Of a stretch of DNA of 64,000 nt, positions 37,351-50,429 are shown piece after piece. The notes below the pieces were generated by a model. The model saw nothing but the letters and a program-made list of their open reading frames with translations. It did no database searches and was not told the DNA's origin. A program made the position numbers and the translations under genes. This DNA comes from Mobula hypostoma. Taxonomy: Eukaryota. The stretch's first letter is position 1. Every line of letters begins with the position of its first letter. The stretch covers positions 106,952,001-107,016,000 of the forward strand of contig NC_086107.1 in NCBI RefSeq assembly GCF_963921235.1, given 5' to 3'.

Positions 37351-39079
37351 TATAGTGAATGGTCTACACGCATTCTTTGTGAATATCCCTGCATCAAGCA
37401 CAGTTCTTTACACGGTTCGTGTTTGTTGTTTCTTCCCTTGAGTTCTGTCCTAGGAGGTGAATATTAACCCTAAATGAGGCTCTCCGTTGGTCGGGGTCGA
37501 CCATGGATATTGCATCATAGCTGGCAGTGTGACACCCAAATCAGTACGCAGGCCAGGGCAGCACGATATGAAGACCAAGCCGTTGCCCGTGCAGCAGGCT
37601 CCCTCTCTCCACGCAGCTGATGAACCCAAAGGAACGGCAGAGACCGATACAGTTTGGCACCAGCGGCGTCGCGGGAGTTGCCAGTCGGCGTTGAAATCAA
37701 CGTAGGACTGCCGTAGGGACTCCAGCATTGGATTGTTTCCTCGGGTTTTCGTCCCAAAGCCTCCCCCAGGAGTGGGTATAGTCGCAGGGCAGCAGAGGTT
37801 TGAGTTTTCCTTCTCCCAGATGTGTTGCCACCCGCGGCTGGCAAGTCACATCTGCTCGAAGCTAACGCACAGGTTTTAAGTACACACCCGTTAATGTAGA
37901 AGACAGTGCTCCCATAATGACACTATTCGCAGGTCCTCTTTCTAAAATGTGACATGTTGTCCTCCTCCCTCCATAGATGTTGCCTGACTTGCTGAGTTCC
38001 TCCAGCACTTTGTATGCGTTTCTCTTCCTCCCCCCGCCTCCCACCCCTTTGCAAACAGTAACACTTGTGTGTAAACTTTGTAATTACCAGTACAATACTG
38101 TACTGGTGTGTCCTGATAAATACTGACACCCACCTGAGTGCATTTTGCAAATGCGGACACACCCTACGTCCCTGCGCAAACACTGGCACACTTCAGGGAA
38201 ACCCTGTGGATATTGATACGCACCTTATACCTTACACCCTTCTCTAAACAATGACCATGAGGATTCCCTTCAGATTGTGACATGTCCCTGAGGACATCCC
38301 AAAAATACGTTTGCACACCGGTAAATCCCCGCAGAAGCTGACAATCTCCAAATTCCCCTGTAAACAATGAGAATGTTCCAACAATCCTTGTAATTACTGA
38401 CAAACCCATAGGGATCTGCTGTTAATACTGACACATCCTGGGTTCCCGATATAAATACTTGCACACACCCAGGTACTTTGCAAATACTGACACACAAAAT
38501 GCTGGGGGAGCTCAGCAGGTCAGGCATCATCTTTAGAAATGAATAAACAGTTGACGTTTAGGGCCGAGACCCTTCTTCAGGACTCCTGAAAGCATTAACA
38601 CATTAATCAAGATCCCTTGTAAGTATTGACATAGTTGCCAAACCTTTTATACACACAAGCATTTTATTTAGAGATGCAGTGTGAAACACCGCCCAGCAAC
38701 CCACCTATTTAACACTAGTCGAGTTACAGGACAATTTACAATGACCACTTGAACAACCAACTGGTAGGTCTTTAGACTGTGGGAGGAAACCGGAGCACCC
38801 GGAGGAAACCCACGCCGTCACGGGGAGAACGTACAAACTCCTTACGGGCAGTGGCGGGAATTGAACTCCGAACTCTGGTGCCCAGAGCTGCAATAGATTC
38901 ACTCTAGCCGCTACGCTACCGTGGCACCCCAGTACTCTCAGGGACCCCCTTTAAATACTGACACCCTTTTGGGGACCCACTATAAATACTGATATAATCC
39001 CAGGGATACCCTGTAAATACTGATTTGCCAACCACAACTGATGAGCCACATCTGCCTTAAGATAATGCACAGGTCTTAA

Positions 39080-39650
39080 ATGGTATCGTATTGTTAAATA
39101 GGGGTCATGCACAATTCTGATTAAATGGAGACAGCTGTGAGAGCAGGGAGGAACATCTGGAGTGACTTCTGAAATGCCCGGTTTGCTGCTGCTGCTACTG
39201 TGCGATCGAGAATCTCTGGAGGGAAGGCCCCAAAATCCTTGGCTTTGCCTGCTGCTGGCGGCCGGGGCTGGGGTCGAAGCGTTTGGCAGAGATGGTGCTC
39301 GGTGCTCGGTGTCGGAGGGCTGGTCGGAGCTCGAAGTTTTCAGACGACTCAGAGTCGGACTGTGGTCGGGCGTGGCAGGGAGAGTTTTCCTCCTTCTCCT
39401 GTCTGTGTGAGATGTGGGACTTTTGAGAGACTTTGAACTTTTTACCGTGCTAAATGGCCTGTTCTTCATCAAGTTACGGTACTGCTTGCACTGTTGTAAC
39501 TATATGTGGTCTTTGTCAGTTTTTCAGTCTTGGTCTGTCCTGTGTTTCTGTGATATCACACCGGAGGAATATTGTATCATTTCTTAATGCATACATTACT
39601 AAATGACAATAAAAGAGGACTGCGTGTCCTCATAATCTAATCTAATCTAA
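39080..39650 (+). mobile_element. Unclassified retroposon with (TCTAA)n tail, copy A
   Basis: Reverse-complement homologue of 40769-41395. Confidence 0.65.
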
Positions 39651-40768
39651 ATACACACCTGTTAACACAAAACAGTGCTCCCATGATGGTACAATTCATG
39701 GGGACCTCTTTTTAAAATGTTGGCTTCTGATGGTTTTAAAAGCCTCTACAAATACTGACATACTCCAATACTGACACTGTCCCTGAAACCTTTTATAAGC
39801 ACCAAAACACTCTTAGGAACCCCTTTTAAATACTGACACACTCCTAGGGGATCCCTTGTAAATACAAATACAATTCTGGGGAACCCCATAAATACTGACA
39901 CAGTCCCAGGAACTCTCTGTAAATACCAGCACACTAATGGGATCCCCTATACATACTTTCACTCCTGTAAATACTGACACACCGCCACGGGGATCTCCTG
40001 TATATATGCACAAACCGCAAACTTCTTGTAAATGGTAACAGATTCACTGAGACGTCTTGTAAATTCTGACACACTCCTGGGCTCTCACTTTAAATCCTGA
40101 AATACAACGTACAAATACTGATACACTCCTTGCAAACACTGATACGATTCTGGAGAGATCCTCTAAGTACTGCCTCATGAATACGTAAACCCACAGGACT
40201 GTGTTTTTATTCCCTGGAAGTTCCTGGAATTGTGCATGTATCTACAGTGGAATTAGGAATAGGTAGTTAAAGGTAAAAGGTAAAGATTAGCTTTCTCTGT
40301 CACATGTACATCAAAGCTTCGTATGTCACCAAAGACACTCCACTCGCAAATTTCTGCAGCTGTACCGTGGAAAGCATTCTGACGGGCTGCATCAGCTTCT
40401 GGTATGGGGGGTGGGGGGGAGAGGGAGCTAGTGCACAGGATCGAAAGAAGCCGCCGAGAGTTGTAGCCAGCTTCATCCTGGGAACTAGCCTCCGCAGTAT
40501 CCAGGACATCTTCAAGGAGCGATGCCTCGAAAAGGTGACATCCATCATCTCCCAGGACATGCCATCTTCTCATTACTACCATCAGGGAGGAGGTACAGGA
40601 GCCTGAAGACACACACTCAATGATTCAGGAACAGCTTCTTCCCCTCTGCCATCTGATTTCTGAATGAACATTGAATCCTTGAACACTACTTCAATACTTC
40701 TTTATTTCTATTTTTGCACTACTTACTTAATTTAATTATTAAGTATATATACATACACACAGACACAT

Positions 40769-41395
40769 ATTAGATTATGAAGACACGCAGTCCTCTTTTA
40801 TTGTCATTTAGTAATGCATGCATTAAGAAATGATACAATATTTCCTCTGGTGTGATATCACAAAACACAGGACAAACCAAGACTGAAAAAGCTAACAAAG
40901 CCACATAATTATAACACATAGTTACAACAGTGCAACAGTACCAGAACTTGATGAAGAACAGTTCCATGGCACAGTAAAAAAGTTCAGTCTCTCAAATGTC
41001 CCACATCTCACGCAGACGGGAGACGGAAGAAAAACTCTCCCTGCCATGCTCGACCACAGTCCGACTCTGAGTTGTCGGAAAACTTTGAGCCTCCGATCAG
41101 CTCTCCGACACCGAGTACCGAGCACCATCTCTATCCGAATGATTCGACCTCAATCTCGGTCGCCAACGGCAGGCACAGCCGGGGATTTTGAGGCCTTCCC
41201 TCCGGAAGATTCTCGATCACCCAGTAACAACAGCAGCGAACCTGCGTTTCAGAAATTTCTCCAGATGTTCCTCTGTGCTTTCATGTCTGTCTCCATCAAA
41301 TCAGAATTGTCCACAGCCCCTATTTAACGGATACGACATCATTTTCACCGGAGGGCTGCGCACGTGTGACGCGCTGCTATCTCTTCCTCCCGCCG
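40769..41395 (-). mobile_element. Unclassified retroposon, copy B (inserted in a Rex1-like tail)
   Basis: ttagattatgaagacacgcagtcctcttttattgtcatttagtaatg is the reverse complement of the copy A 3' end. Confidence 0.65.
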
Positions 41396-41977
41396 TATGT
41401 ATGTATATAGATACATACATGCAGACACATATATACTGTATGTATGTATGTATGTTGTGAAATTTGTTGTTTGGCGGTAGCAGTACAATGCAATACATAA
41501 TAATGAAATTGTGAATTACAATTTTCAATTGTGTAACTCACAGTTTTTATTATTATATATTGCATTGTACTGCTGCCGCCAAACAACAAATTTCACGACA
41601 TATGCCGGTGATATTAAACCAGATTCTGATTCAGACATATAGTGAAGTGCGTTGTTTGCATCAGTTTAAATTAGTGAAGATTGCGTAGTCTGCAAGTGTG
41701 GCTATGCTTCTGGCAGCGGTATAACGTGCCCACAACTCATTGCCCTCTGGAATGTGGGAGGAAACCGGGGCACCCGGAGGAAACCCACACAGTTACCGAG
41801 CGAACATGCGATCTCCTTACAGGCAGCGGCGGGAATTGAACCCGATCTTACAACTGGCGGCATAAAGCATTGCGCTAACCATGCTTCCTCACCGCGGCCC
41901 CCCCCCCCGCCACACACACATAGTTATTCTCAGGAACCCCTGGAAGTCTGCTGGTATACACAAGATGTACCGGTGTG

Positions 41978-42248
41978 CACCAGGATCTCTGAGAGTGTAT
42001 CACTATCTACAAGGAGACCAGGATCTCTGAGAGTTCATCACTAATTACAAGGAGACCAGGATCTCTGAGAGTTCATCACTATCTACAAGGAGACCAGGAT
42101 CCCTAATAGTTTATCACTATTTACAAGGAGACCAGGATCTCCGAGAGTTTATCACTATCTACAAGGAGACCAGGATCTCTGAGAGTTTATCACGATTTAC
42201 AAGGAGACCAGGATCTCTGAGGGTTTATCACTATTTACAAGGAGACCC
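41978..42248. repeat. 38-bp tandem repeat, 7 units
   Basis: Unit ACAAGGAGACCAGGATCTCTGAGAGTTTATCACTATTT. AAGGAG occurs at 42011, 42049, 42087, 42125, 42163, 42201 and 42239. Confidence 0.97.
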
Positions 42249-44149
42249 TGTTTGTGGATCATATTTTCAGGGACTCCTGGAGAACTTGTCAGCTTTTACA
42301 GTGGGCCCCTGGGAGAACGCCAGTAATATAAGGAGTTTCTAGTACTGTGTCAGTGTTTGTAATACTGACACACCCATGGGGGAATGTGAATATGTCAATA
42401 TTTATAGCCAGTTACTGGGAACATATCTGTATTACCTGAACCTTCTTTCTGATAAAGACACAGTCCCAAGTACCCCTATAAAGCCTGACACACTTCCAGC
42501 ACTTCCTGTTAAAACTAACAAACTCCGCAGTCCCCTTGGAAGATTCTGCAGATGTTGGAAATCCAGAGGAACACCCGCAAACTGCTGGAGGAACCCAGCA
42601 GTCAGGCAGCACCTATGGAGGGGAACAAAAGGCTGACGTTTCAGCCGAGACCCTTCACCAGGAGTTCCTGGAAGTCTGCTGGACATGCCCTGTTCTCACT
42701 GTTACCATCAGGAAGGAGGTACAGGAGCCTGAAGTCACACACTCAACGATTCAGGAACAGCTTCTTCCCCTCCGCCATCCGAATTCTGAATGGACATTGA
42801 ACCCATGAACACTACCTCACTACTTTTTTTTGAATTTTTATTTTTGCACTACTTCTTATAAAATAGTTTAATCTATTATTGTGAATTGCATTTCCATGTG
42901 TCACCAGCAGGGAGGCGCTACATGAGGCTTGCTGTCGGGCAGGCAATCTACTGGCAGGGAGAGATTTGCATGTTCAGCTCTCCTTTTTGCAAGGCTGCTA
43001 GTCAGCGGTGGAAACTGAAAGTGAGAGCGACAAACACTACCCACTACACTACCACACTAGACACATCACATCAACCATTTTGACAGTACAGAGGACGGGG
43101 AGGAGGTCTGACCCCTGCACACGTAGCACACAGGCCCACCGGTGTGTGGACACGCCCTGGTGCTCAGGAACCAGATCCCCAGCTAGGGGTAAATAGCCCC
43201 ACTGCCTTGTGGGCAGCCTCAGGAGAGACAAGTAAACCCAGACAGCAAATCCGGAGTGGAGCCCTTAAGGTGGCTGGATGTCATTGAACATCCTTCCAGC
43301 AGCTCCTGCAGCCAAGCTGGTGCCAAACATGTTGCTTCATAAGCTTTCCTTTGGACTACACCGGTGAGGCCGAGAGGGGGATCTTGATGACTGGGCATCT
43401 CAGGATCTCCATATCTTCTGCCCAGGCTTGTGATGATATCACTATCACCCATTGTCCTTCGAGAATGCATTGCATTGTACTGCTACTGCAAAGTTAACTA
43501 ATTTCATGACATTTGCCGGTGATCTTAAACCTGATTGTGATTCTGAAGGTATTCCTGTGTATACCAGGATCTCCAAGAGTACATATATCACTATTTGCAA
43601 GGAGACTCTATGGATCATAGTTTTGAGGGACCCCTTATCAAATTGATTTACTCATGAGGATATCATATGAACTTCAAGCAGAACAGAGCTTGTAACTGGA
43701 GTCATATATACCCGGGACAGAGTCACATTTAGAAGCAGACTCAGGCCCTTCAGCCCACTAAGTCTGCGGTAGTCATCAACCTACCCATTCACACCAATTC
43801 TAACATTAATCCTAATTGATTCTATTATTGCCCCAACTTTCTCATCAGCCCTCCTCAAACTCTCCTAGACATTAGGGGCAATTTACTAATTAGGCTGCCA
43901 AAACTGGAGTACCCCAGGAAAACTCACGCAGTCACGGGGCAAACAGACAGCGCCCGAGGCCGGGATCGAACCAGGGTCTCCAGTGCTCTGAGGGAGTGGC
44001 CCTACCAGCTACGCCACCGTGCATTCTGACAACAGACACCGAAGAAAATATGGCTGTTGCTTTAAATATTGACACTGCCAGCGCTCCTTGTAAATATTTC
44101 ACACGTCCGAGGCCCCACTGTAAATATTGACACAACTCTAAATACAGAC

Positions 44150-44555
44150 ACGAGCTGGGGCTTTTCTCTTCGGAGCAGAGGAGGATGAGAGGTGACTTAA
44201 TAGAAGTGTTCATGGTGATAAGGACTATAGATAGAGTGGACAGCCAGCACTTCTTTCCTGGTGTGGAAATGGCTAATAAGAGGGGGCATAATTTTAAGGT
44301 GATTGGAGGAAATCAGGTGGCGGAATGTCCAGTTTTTTCCCACAGAGAGCGGTGGATGCGTGGCATGAATTGTTGGTAGAGACAGTCACATTAGGGACAT
44401 TTAAGCAACTCTTAGGCACATGGATGAAATAAATATGGAGGGCTTTGTGGGAGGGAAGCGTTAGATTGATCTTGGAGTCTGTTAAAGGATAGCACGACAT
44501 TGCAGGCCGAAGGGCTTGTATTGTACTGTACTGTGCCGTACTGTTGTATGTTCTA
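44150..44555 (+). mobile_element. CR1-clade LINE 3' end
   Basis: Encodes MRGDLIEVFMVIRTIDRVDSQHFFP...RGHNFKVIG. Confidence 0.75.
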
Positions 44556-45191
44556 TCTTCCAATTCCTTGAGTCTGCCTGTAAATCATTCATTATCATCA
44601 TTAGGTGCCACTTCCTATGACGTGGGCAGGCACGGTCTCCGTGACCATGACGGTTCTTGGTAAATTTTTCTACCAAAGTGGTTTACCATTGCCTTCTTCT
44701 GGGCAGTGACTACAAGATGGGTGACCCCAGCCATTATCAATACTCTTCAGAGATTGTCTGCCTGGTGTCAGTGGTCGCATAACCAGGACTTGTGATAGGT
44801 CCCAGCTGCTCATGTGACCATCCACCACCGGCTCCCACGGGGTCACGTGACCCTGATCAGTGGGGGGGGGGTGCGGTTAAGCAGGTGCCACACCTTGTCC
44901 AAGGGTGACCTGCAGGCTAGCGGAGGGAGGGAGCGCCTTACACCTCCTTTGGTACTGCCTGTAGATACACTTTGTAAACACTGGGGACTCACTGTAACTA
45001 TTGACGGCTTCCAGGGATCCTTACAAACTAATACATACCAGCTTCTCGTGACACAAGTTAAATACAAACATACACTTGGGGTCACTCTGTATATCCTGAT
45101 ACACTTTCAGGGATCCCTTTATATTCTGACACATTTTCAGGAATCTCCTGTTAGTCTTCTAGCAAACACCCCAGGGATTCTCCGTATAGAC

Positions 45192-45271
45192 CAGGGGTTC
45201 CCAACCTTTTTAATGCCATGGACCCCTACCATTAATCGAGGGGTCCATGGACCCCAGTTTGGGAATGCTTG
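45192..45271. mobile_element. ~80-bp hAT (Charlie-like) MITE
   Basis: TIR CAGGGGTTCCCAAC with a degenerate right TIR, and an imperfect 8-bp TSD GTATAGAC/GTATATTC. Confidence 0.6.
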
Positions 45272-47221
45272 GTATATTCTGACTCGCTTAGAGCGACCCA
45301 AGTGTCCACTGAGGTTGGGTAGGGACTACAACTAGAGGGCATGGGTTAAGGGTAAAAGGTGAAAAGCTTACGGGGAACCAGAGGGGAAAATTCTTCACTC
45401 AGAGGGTTGTGAGAGTGTGGAATGAGCTGCCAGCACAAGTGGTGCTTGTGAGCTCAGTCTCAATGCTTAAGAGAAGTTAGGATAGGTTCATGGATGGGAG
45501 GGTATTGTGGGCTATGGTCCTTGTGCAGGTCAATGGGAGTAGGCAGTTTAGTCGGTTCAGTATGGACTAGATGGGCCGAAGGGCCTGTTTCTGTGCTTTA
45601 CTTTTCTATGACTCTGTGGCCCCTGTATGCATTTCTACAAACCCAGGTTACCTGTAAGGAAGCACTCCGGCGGCTCTACTTTGCCAGAAGTTTGAAGAGT
45701 TTTGATGTGATATCAAAGTCTTATAAACTTACAAAGTTGAGAGCTTGCATCGCAGCCTGGTACGAAGGATCCGATACACAGGATCGCAAGGGACAGCAGA
45801 CTGCTATAGACTCAGTCACCTTCATCACAGGCACAACCCTCCCAGCCATGGAGGGCACCTCCAGGAGGCGGTGCCTCAAAGCCGTGGCGTCCATCACCAA
45901 GAACTATCCAGGACATGCCCTCTAGTTGCTACGGTCATCAGGCAGGAAGTACAGGAGCCTGAAGACCCACGCGCAATGATAAAGGAACAGATTCTTCCCC
46001 TCAGCCCTCAGGTGTCTGAATGGTCCATGAGTCCGTACAGTCCGTACACTGCTCTTCTTGTTTTTGCAAATATTTATTTTTACAATTTATTGCCCACCCA
46101 GCCAACAGACTTTTCATCCCTCTTCCCTCTGAGAGAAGGTTCAGGAGCTTGAAGTCTCATACGGCCAGATTTGGGAACAGCTTCTTTCCAACTGTGATAA
46201 GACTGCTGAACGGATCCTGACCCGGATCTGGGCCATACCTTCCAAATATCCGGACCTGCCTCTCGGATTTTTTGCACTACCTTACTTCCCATTTTTCTAT
46301 TTTCTATTCATGATTTATAATTTAAATTTTTAATATTTACTAATTTAAACTATTTTAAATATTTATAATATTTAATATTTGTAATCCAGGGAGTGTGAAG
46401 CGCAGAATCAAATATCGCTGTGATGATTGTACGTTCTAGTAACAACTGTATGGTGACAATAAAGTATAAAGTATTAATTTTATGTGTTTGCTCTGTATTG
46501 CTACAGCAAAACCACAAATTCCATGTCATCTAACTCAGTGATAATAAATCAGATTCTGTAAGTACCTACAAACGCCCTGGGAGTCCATGTAAGTGCTGAT
46601 TCAGCCCAAAGGAATCTAAGAACATTGACCCCGGAATAGTTTTCTCAGAATCAGAATCAAGTTTAATATCACTGGCATATGTCATGAATTGTGTTGTTTT
46701 GCGGCAGCAGTACAGTGCAATACATAATAATAGAGAAAAACACACAAATTACAGTAAGTATATATTAAATTTAAGTAAGTAGTGTAAAATAAAAAGTGGT
46801 GAGTTCATGGGTTCAATGTCCATTCGGAAATCGGACAGCAGAGGGGAAGAAGCTCCTGAATTTCAGGCTTCTGGACCTCCTCTCTGATGGCAGGAATGAG
46901 ACGCCTCTTTGAGGCATCGTTCCTTGAAGATGTTCTGGATACTACGGAGGCTAGTGGCCATGATGAAGCTGACTGAGTTTACAACTTTCTGCAGCTTACT
47001 TCGATCCCGTGCAGTAGATTCCCCACCCCCCACCACCCATGCCAGACGGTGATGCAGCCATGGTACATCTGTAGGAAGCCGTGAGTGTCTTTAGTGACGT
47101 ACCAAATCTCCCAGTAGCCAAACAATGTAGACTAACAGTGACAAACGCTTGTGGGTACCATAAGCTCTGATGCAATCTCGTGAATCCCCTATAAATACCA
47201 AATCACCCCCAGTGTCTCTTT

Positions 47222-47727
47222 AGACAATAGATAATAGGTGCAGGACTAGGCCATTCAGCCCTTTGAGCTAGCACCACCATTCACTGTGATCATGGCAGAT
47301 CATCCACAATTAGTACCCTGTTCCTGCCTTATCCCCATATCCCTTCACTCCGCCATCTTTAAGAGCTCTATCTAACTCTTTCTTGAAAGAATCCAGAGAA
47401 TTGGCCTCCACTGCCTTCTGAGGCAGAGCATTCCACAGAACCACAACCTTCTGGGTGAAAAAGATTTTCCTCAACTCTGTTCTAAATTGTCTACCCCTTA
47501 TTCTTAAACTGTGGCCTCTGGTTCTGGACTCCCCCAACATCGGGAACATGTTTCCTGCCTCTAGCGTGTTCAATCCCTTAATAATCTTATATGTTTCAAT
47601 CAGATCCTCTCTCACCTTCTAAATTCCAGTGTATACAGGCCCAGTCGCTCCAGTCTTTCAACATATGACAGTCCCGCCATCCCAGGAATTAACCTCGTGA
47701 ACCTACACTGCACCCCCTCAATAGCTA
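47222..47727 (-). mobile_element. CR1-clade LINE 3' end, same subfamily as 12054-12755
   Basis: Encodes DLIETYKIIKGLNTLEAGNMFPMLGESRTRGHSLRIRGR, nearly identical to the 12 kb copy. Confidence 0.9.
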
Positions 47728-47744
47728 GACACCGTCCCTCCTAC

Positions 47745-49867
47745 CTTACAGTGGTCCCAGTAGCCAAGAAGAATGGATCTGTCCAGATCTCTGGTGATTT
47801 TAAGGTCACCATCAACCCAGTACTGAAAATAGATCAATGCTCTGTGCTCAAGACAGAGGACATCTTTGCAAATCCTTCAGGAGAGAAGCACTTCAGGAAA
47901 CTGGACTTAGCTAAGGCCTAACTACAGATGGAGGTGGAAGAAGAGTCCAAAGTGTTTCTCACCATAACCACTCACAAAGGACTTTATTGCTAAATAGGCT
48001 TATTTTTAGAGTAGCATCTTCACCTGTACTCTGGGAGAAAGCGATGGACCAGGTGTTGCAAAGCTGTCCAGGCACAGTGCTACCTGAATGACATCAAAGT
48101 TACCACTAAGGAAGACAAGAATCATTTCCAAAATCTCGTGACAGTGTTAAAAAAGATGAGAAGATTATGGGCTCAGAGCACAATGCAACAAGCGTGAATT
48201 CTTTAAACCAAGCATCACTTACTGCGGTCACACCATTGACGCACAAGAATTACACTAGTGTACTGAGAAAATTCAAGCCGTATTGGATGCCCCAAGCCCA
48301 AGGACATGTCACAATTGTGGTCCTTTTTAGGATTTGTCAATTACTACAACAGATTCCCGCCAAACCTTGCTACTGTGCTCCACCCGTTGAACTCACTACT
48401 ACAGATCGGGAAGAAATAGCATTGTACAAAGTAGTGTGAGGCAGCTTTCAAAAAGGTAAAGGAAATGGTGATGTCAGATACTGTACTCAAACATTATGAT
48501 CCACACAGTCCAGTGAAGCTGGCCTGTGATGTCTCACCTTATGGTATAGGTGCCGTCATATCGCATGTGATGAGTGATGGAAGTGAATGCCCCATAGACT
48601 TTGCATTACGTGGCCTTACCACTGCAGAGAAAAATTAGGCACAGGTTTGCAGAAGGTTCTTGAGTCTGGTTTGGGGTGTAAACCGTTTCAACCAGTACTT
48701 GTATGGGAGAGCGTTTACCCTCATTACTGATCATCAACCACTAGTGTCCATTTTCAATCCACAAATGGCCTTCCACTAACAGCAGCAGCACAAATGCAGG
48801 GATGGGCTCTGTTTTTTTGGAGAACACAATTACAAAGTCGAGTTCAAGAGGACAACTAATCAAGAAAAGCTGATGGATTGCCCTGTTTATCCTTGGAAAA
48901 GGACATACCTGAAAAACTTACAAAAGAGGACACTCGTCTGAAGGTATTCTCCCAAATACTGATCAGAAGTATTACAGCAGAGATGATACAAAAGGAAACC
49001 AGAAAAGACCCCACATTGTCTCAGATCTACATGGCCACCCAGAATAGCTGGAATGTGCAACAACAACTTCAGTTCCACCAATTTTACCAGGGCCGAGATG
49101 AATTTGCCCTTGATGGTGCCTGCCTTCCAAGCCGAGAGTTGAAGTGTTGGAGGAGCTACACGCTGGTCATCTAGGCGTGGTTAAAATGAAAGCCTTGGCT
49201 CAGAGCTTTGTCTGGTGGCCCGGCATAGATCAGCAGATTGCAATGCTCTGTACGGGGTGCCAACACATCCAGAAGATGCCAAGAGCATCTTGGAGAGGAA
49301 AGAAGAAAGGAAAAGACAGGTGTCCTGAGCTGTCAGAACCTCTTCCTGCAGTCCCAAGGGTCAACTCTTACAACCACCATGGAAAAGGCCCCAGAACTGG
49401 AGATTGTTTCATGGTCATAAGACTTTCCAGCCTAGCAGTGCGACCCTCCCCCTTGTTGGAAAAGATGTTATCCCACAACAGTAAGAAATCCTCCATAGAG
49501 ATTAAATATTAGGCCTGAATGTGACAATTTAAAACTTACAATGCTGTGGATGCTTATATAGTAGTTGTGTTATATAGTACAATAAGTAGAGATGTATTCT
49601 ATATTGAGTTGGAGTTTATAGCTAAGCAGGGAGGACTGTTGTGTATTTAGTATTTCAGTAATAATCTAAATAAATAATTTGATCATGCATTATTTTTTGA
49701 GTACATAATGCATTGCAAGTTATATGTAAAAGCACGTGAATGGCATACGTCATCACGTCACCACGTCATACGTGCATTTGTCACTTAAAGTAAAAACGAA
49801 GTTAGACATGTATTATGGACTGTGTGTTTTCCTTTCAGTCAGGTTTATATTTTGGAATTACAAAACA
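47745..49867 (+). mobile_element. Decayed Ty3/Gypsy LTR retrotransposon (RT, RNase H, integrase Zn domain, PPT, 3' LTR)
   Basis: Encodes VVPVAKKNGSVQISGDFKVTINPVLK...KLDLAKA, then YLNDI at 48081 (YLDD variant), RNase H remnants, and LEELHAGHLGVVKMKALAQSFVWWPGID. Many stops and frameshifts. PPT AAGCAGGGAGGA at ~49624. Confidence 0.9.
49637..49867 (+). repeat. 3' LTR of the Gypsy element
   Basis: Starts TGTTGTGT just after the PPT and ends ACAAAACA, giving TG...CA imperfect terminal inverted repeats. Confidence 0.7.
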
Positions 49868-50429
49868 TACCTGCCAGTATAAAGAGGTGCAGGAAAGGGC
49901 TGGAATAAGAGGTAGAAAGCTCTACCACTTCCCTTCATTTTTTTGATGCTGCCATCTCCAATTTATATTTCAGTTCAGGTGAAATGGATGTTTCTCTCCA
50001 CAGATGCCTGACCTACTGAGTCCCTCCAGAATTTTGTTTGATACTTATGGTAATAACTTTTATCTTTCACTAAAACGGTAGTGTGCTTGGTTGCAGCAGT
50101 CACTCTGGGACCAACAAGTAGCGCAAACGTGTGTCTTAAATATTTGTTTTGTGATTGCCAAGACCCTGGTGGATGTCGGGATTACAAAATACTGCAAGTC
50201 CGGTTCGTTGGTTCATTGGAGAGACTGATGGCGCGGGAGCTGCGTGGTCTTGGTTGTTGTACGGACCAGGCCCTCATAGTGTAGTGTTGCCTGTTACAGC
50301 CACCCAGTGGAGGAGGAACTGGAAGTGATGTGGGAGAGAACAGAGGGGTGGCATGCGTGCTTGTGTCTGTGCTGGGTTGGGGGCTGCCTCCTGCAGGCCA
50401 GCTCTCCCACCGGGCTACTCTCATTGGTA

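Noticed and set aside
37370..37401. Peptide LDAGIF resembling CACNG2 exon 3 (LSAGIFFVSA)
   Set aside because: The flanking residues and splice donor do not match, so it is a chance similarity.
41978..42248. Regular 38-bp repeats resembling a CRISPR array
   Set aside because: The units are head-to-tail with no unique spacers, there are no cas genes, and the context is eukaryotic.
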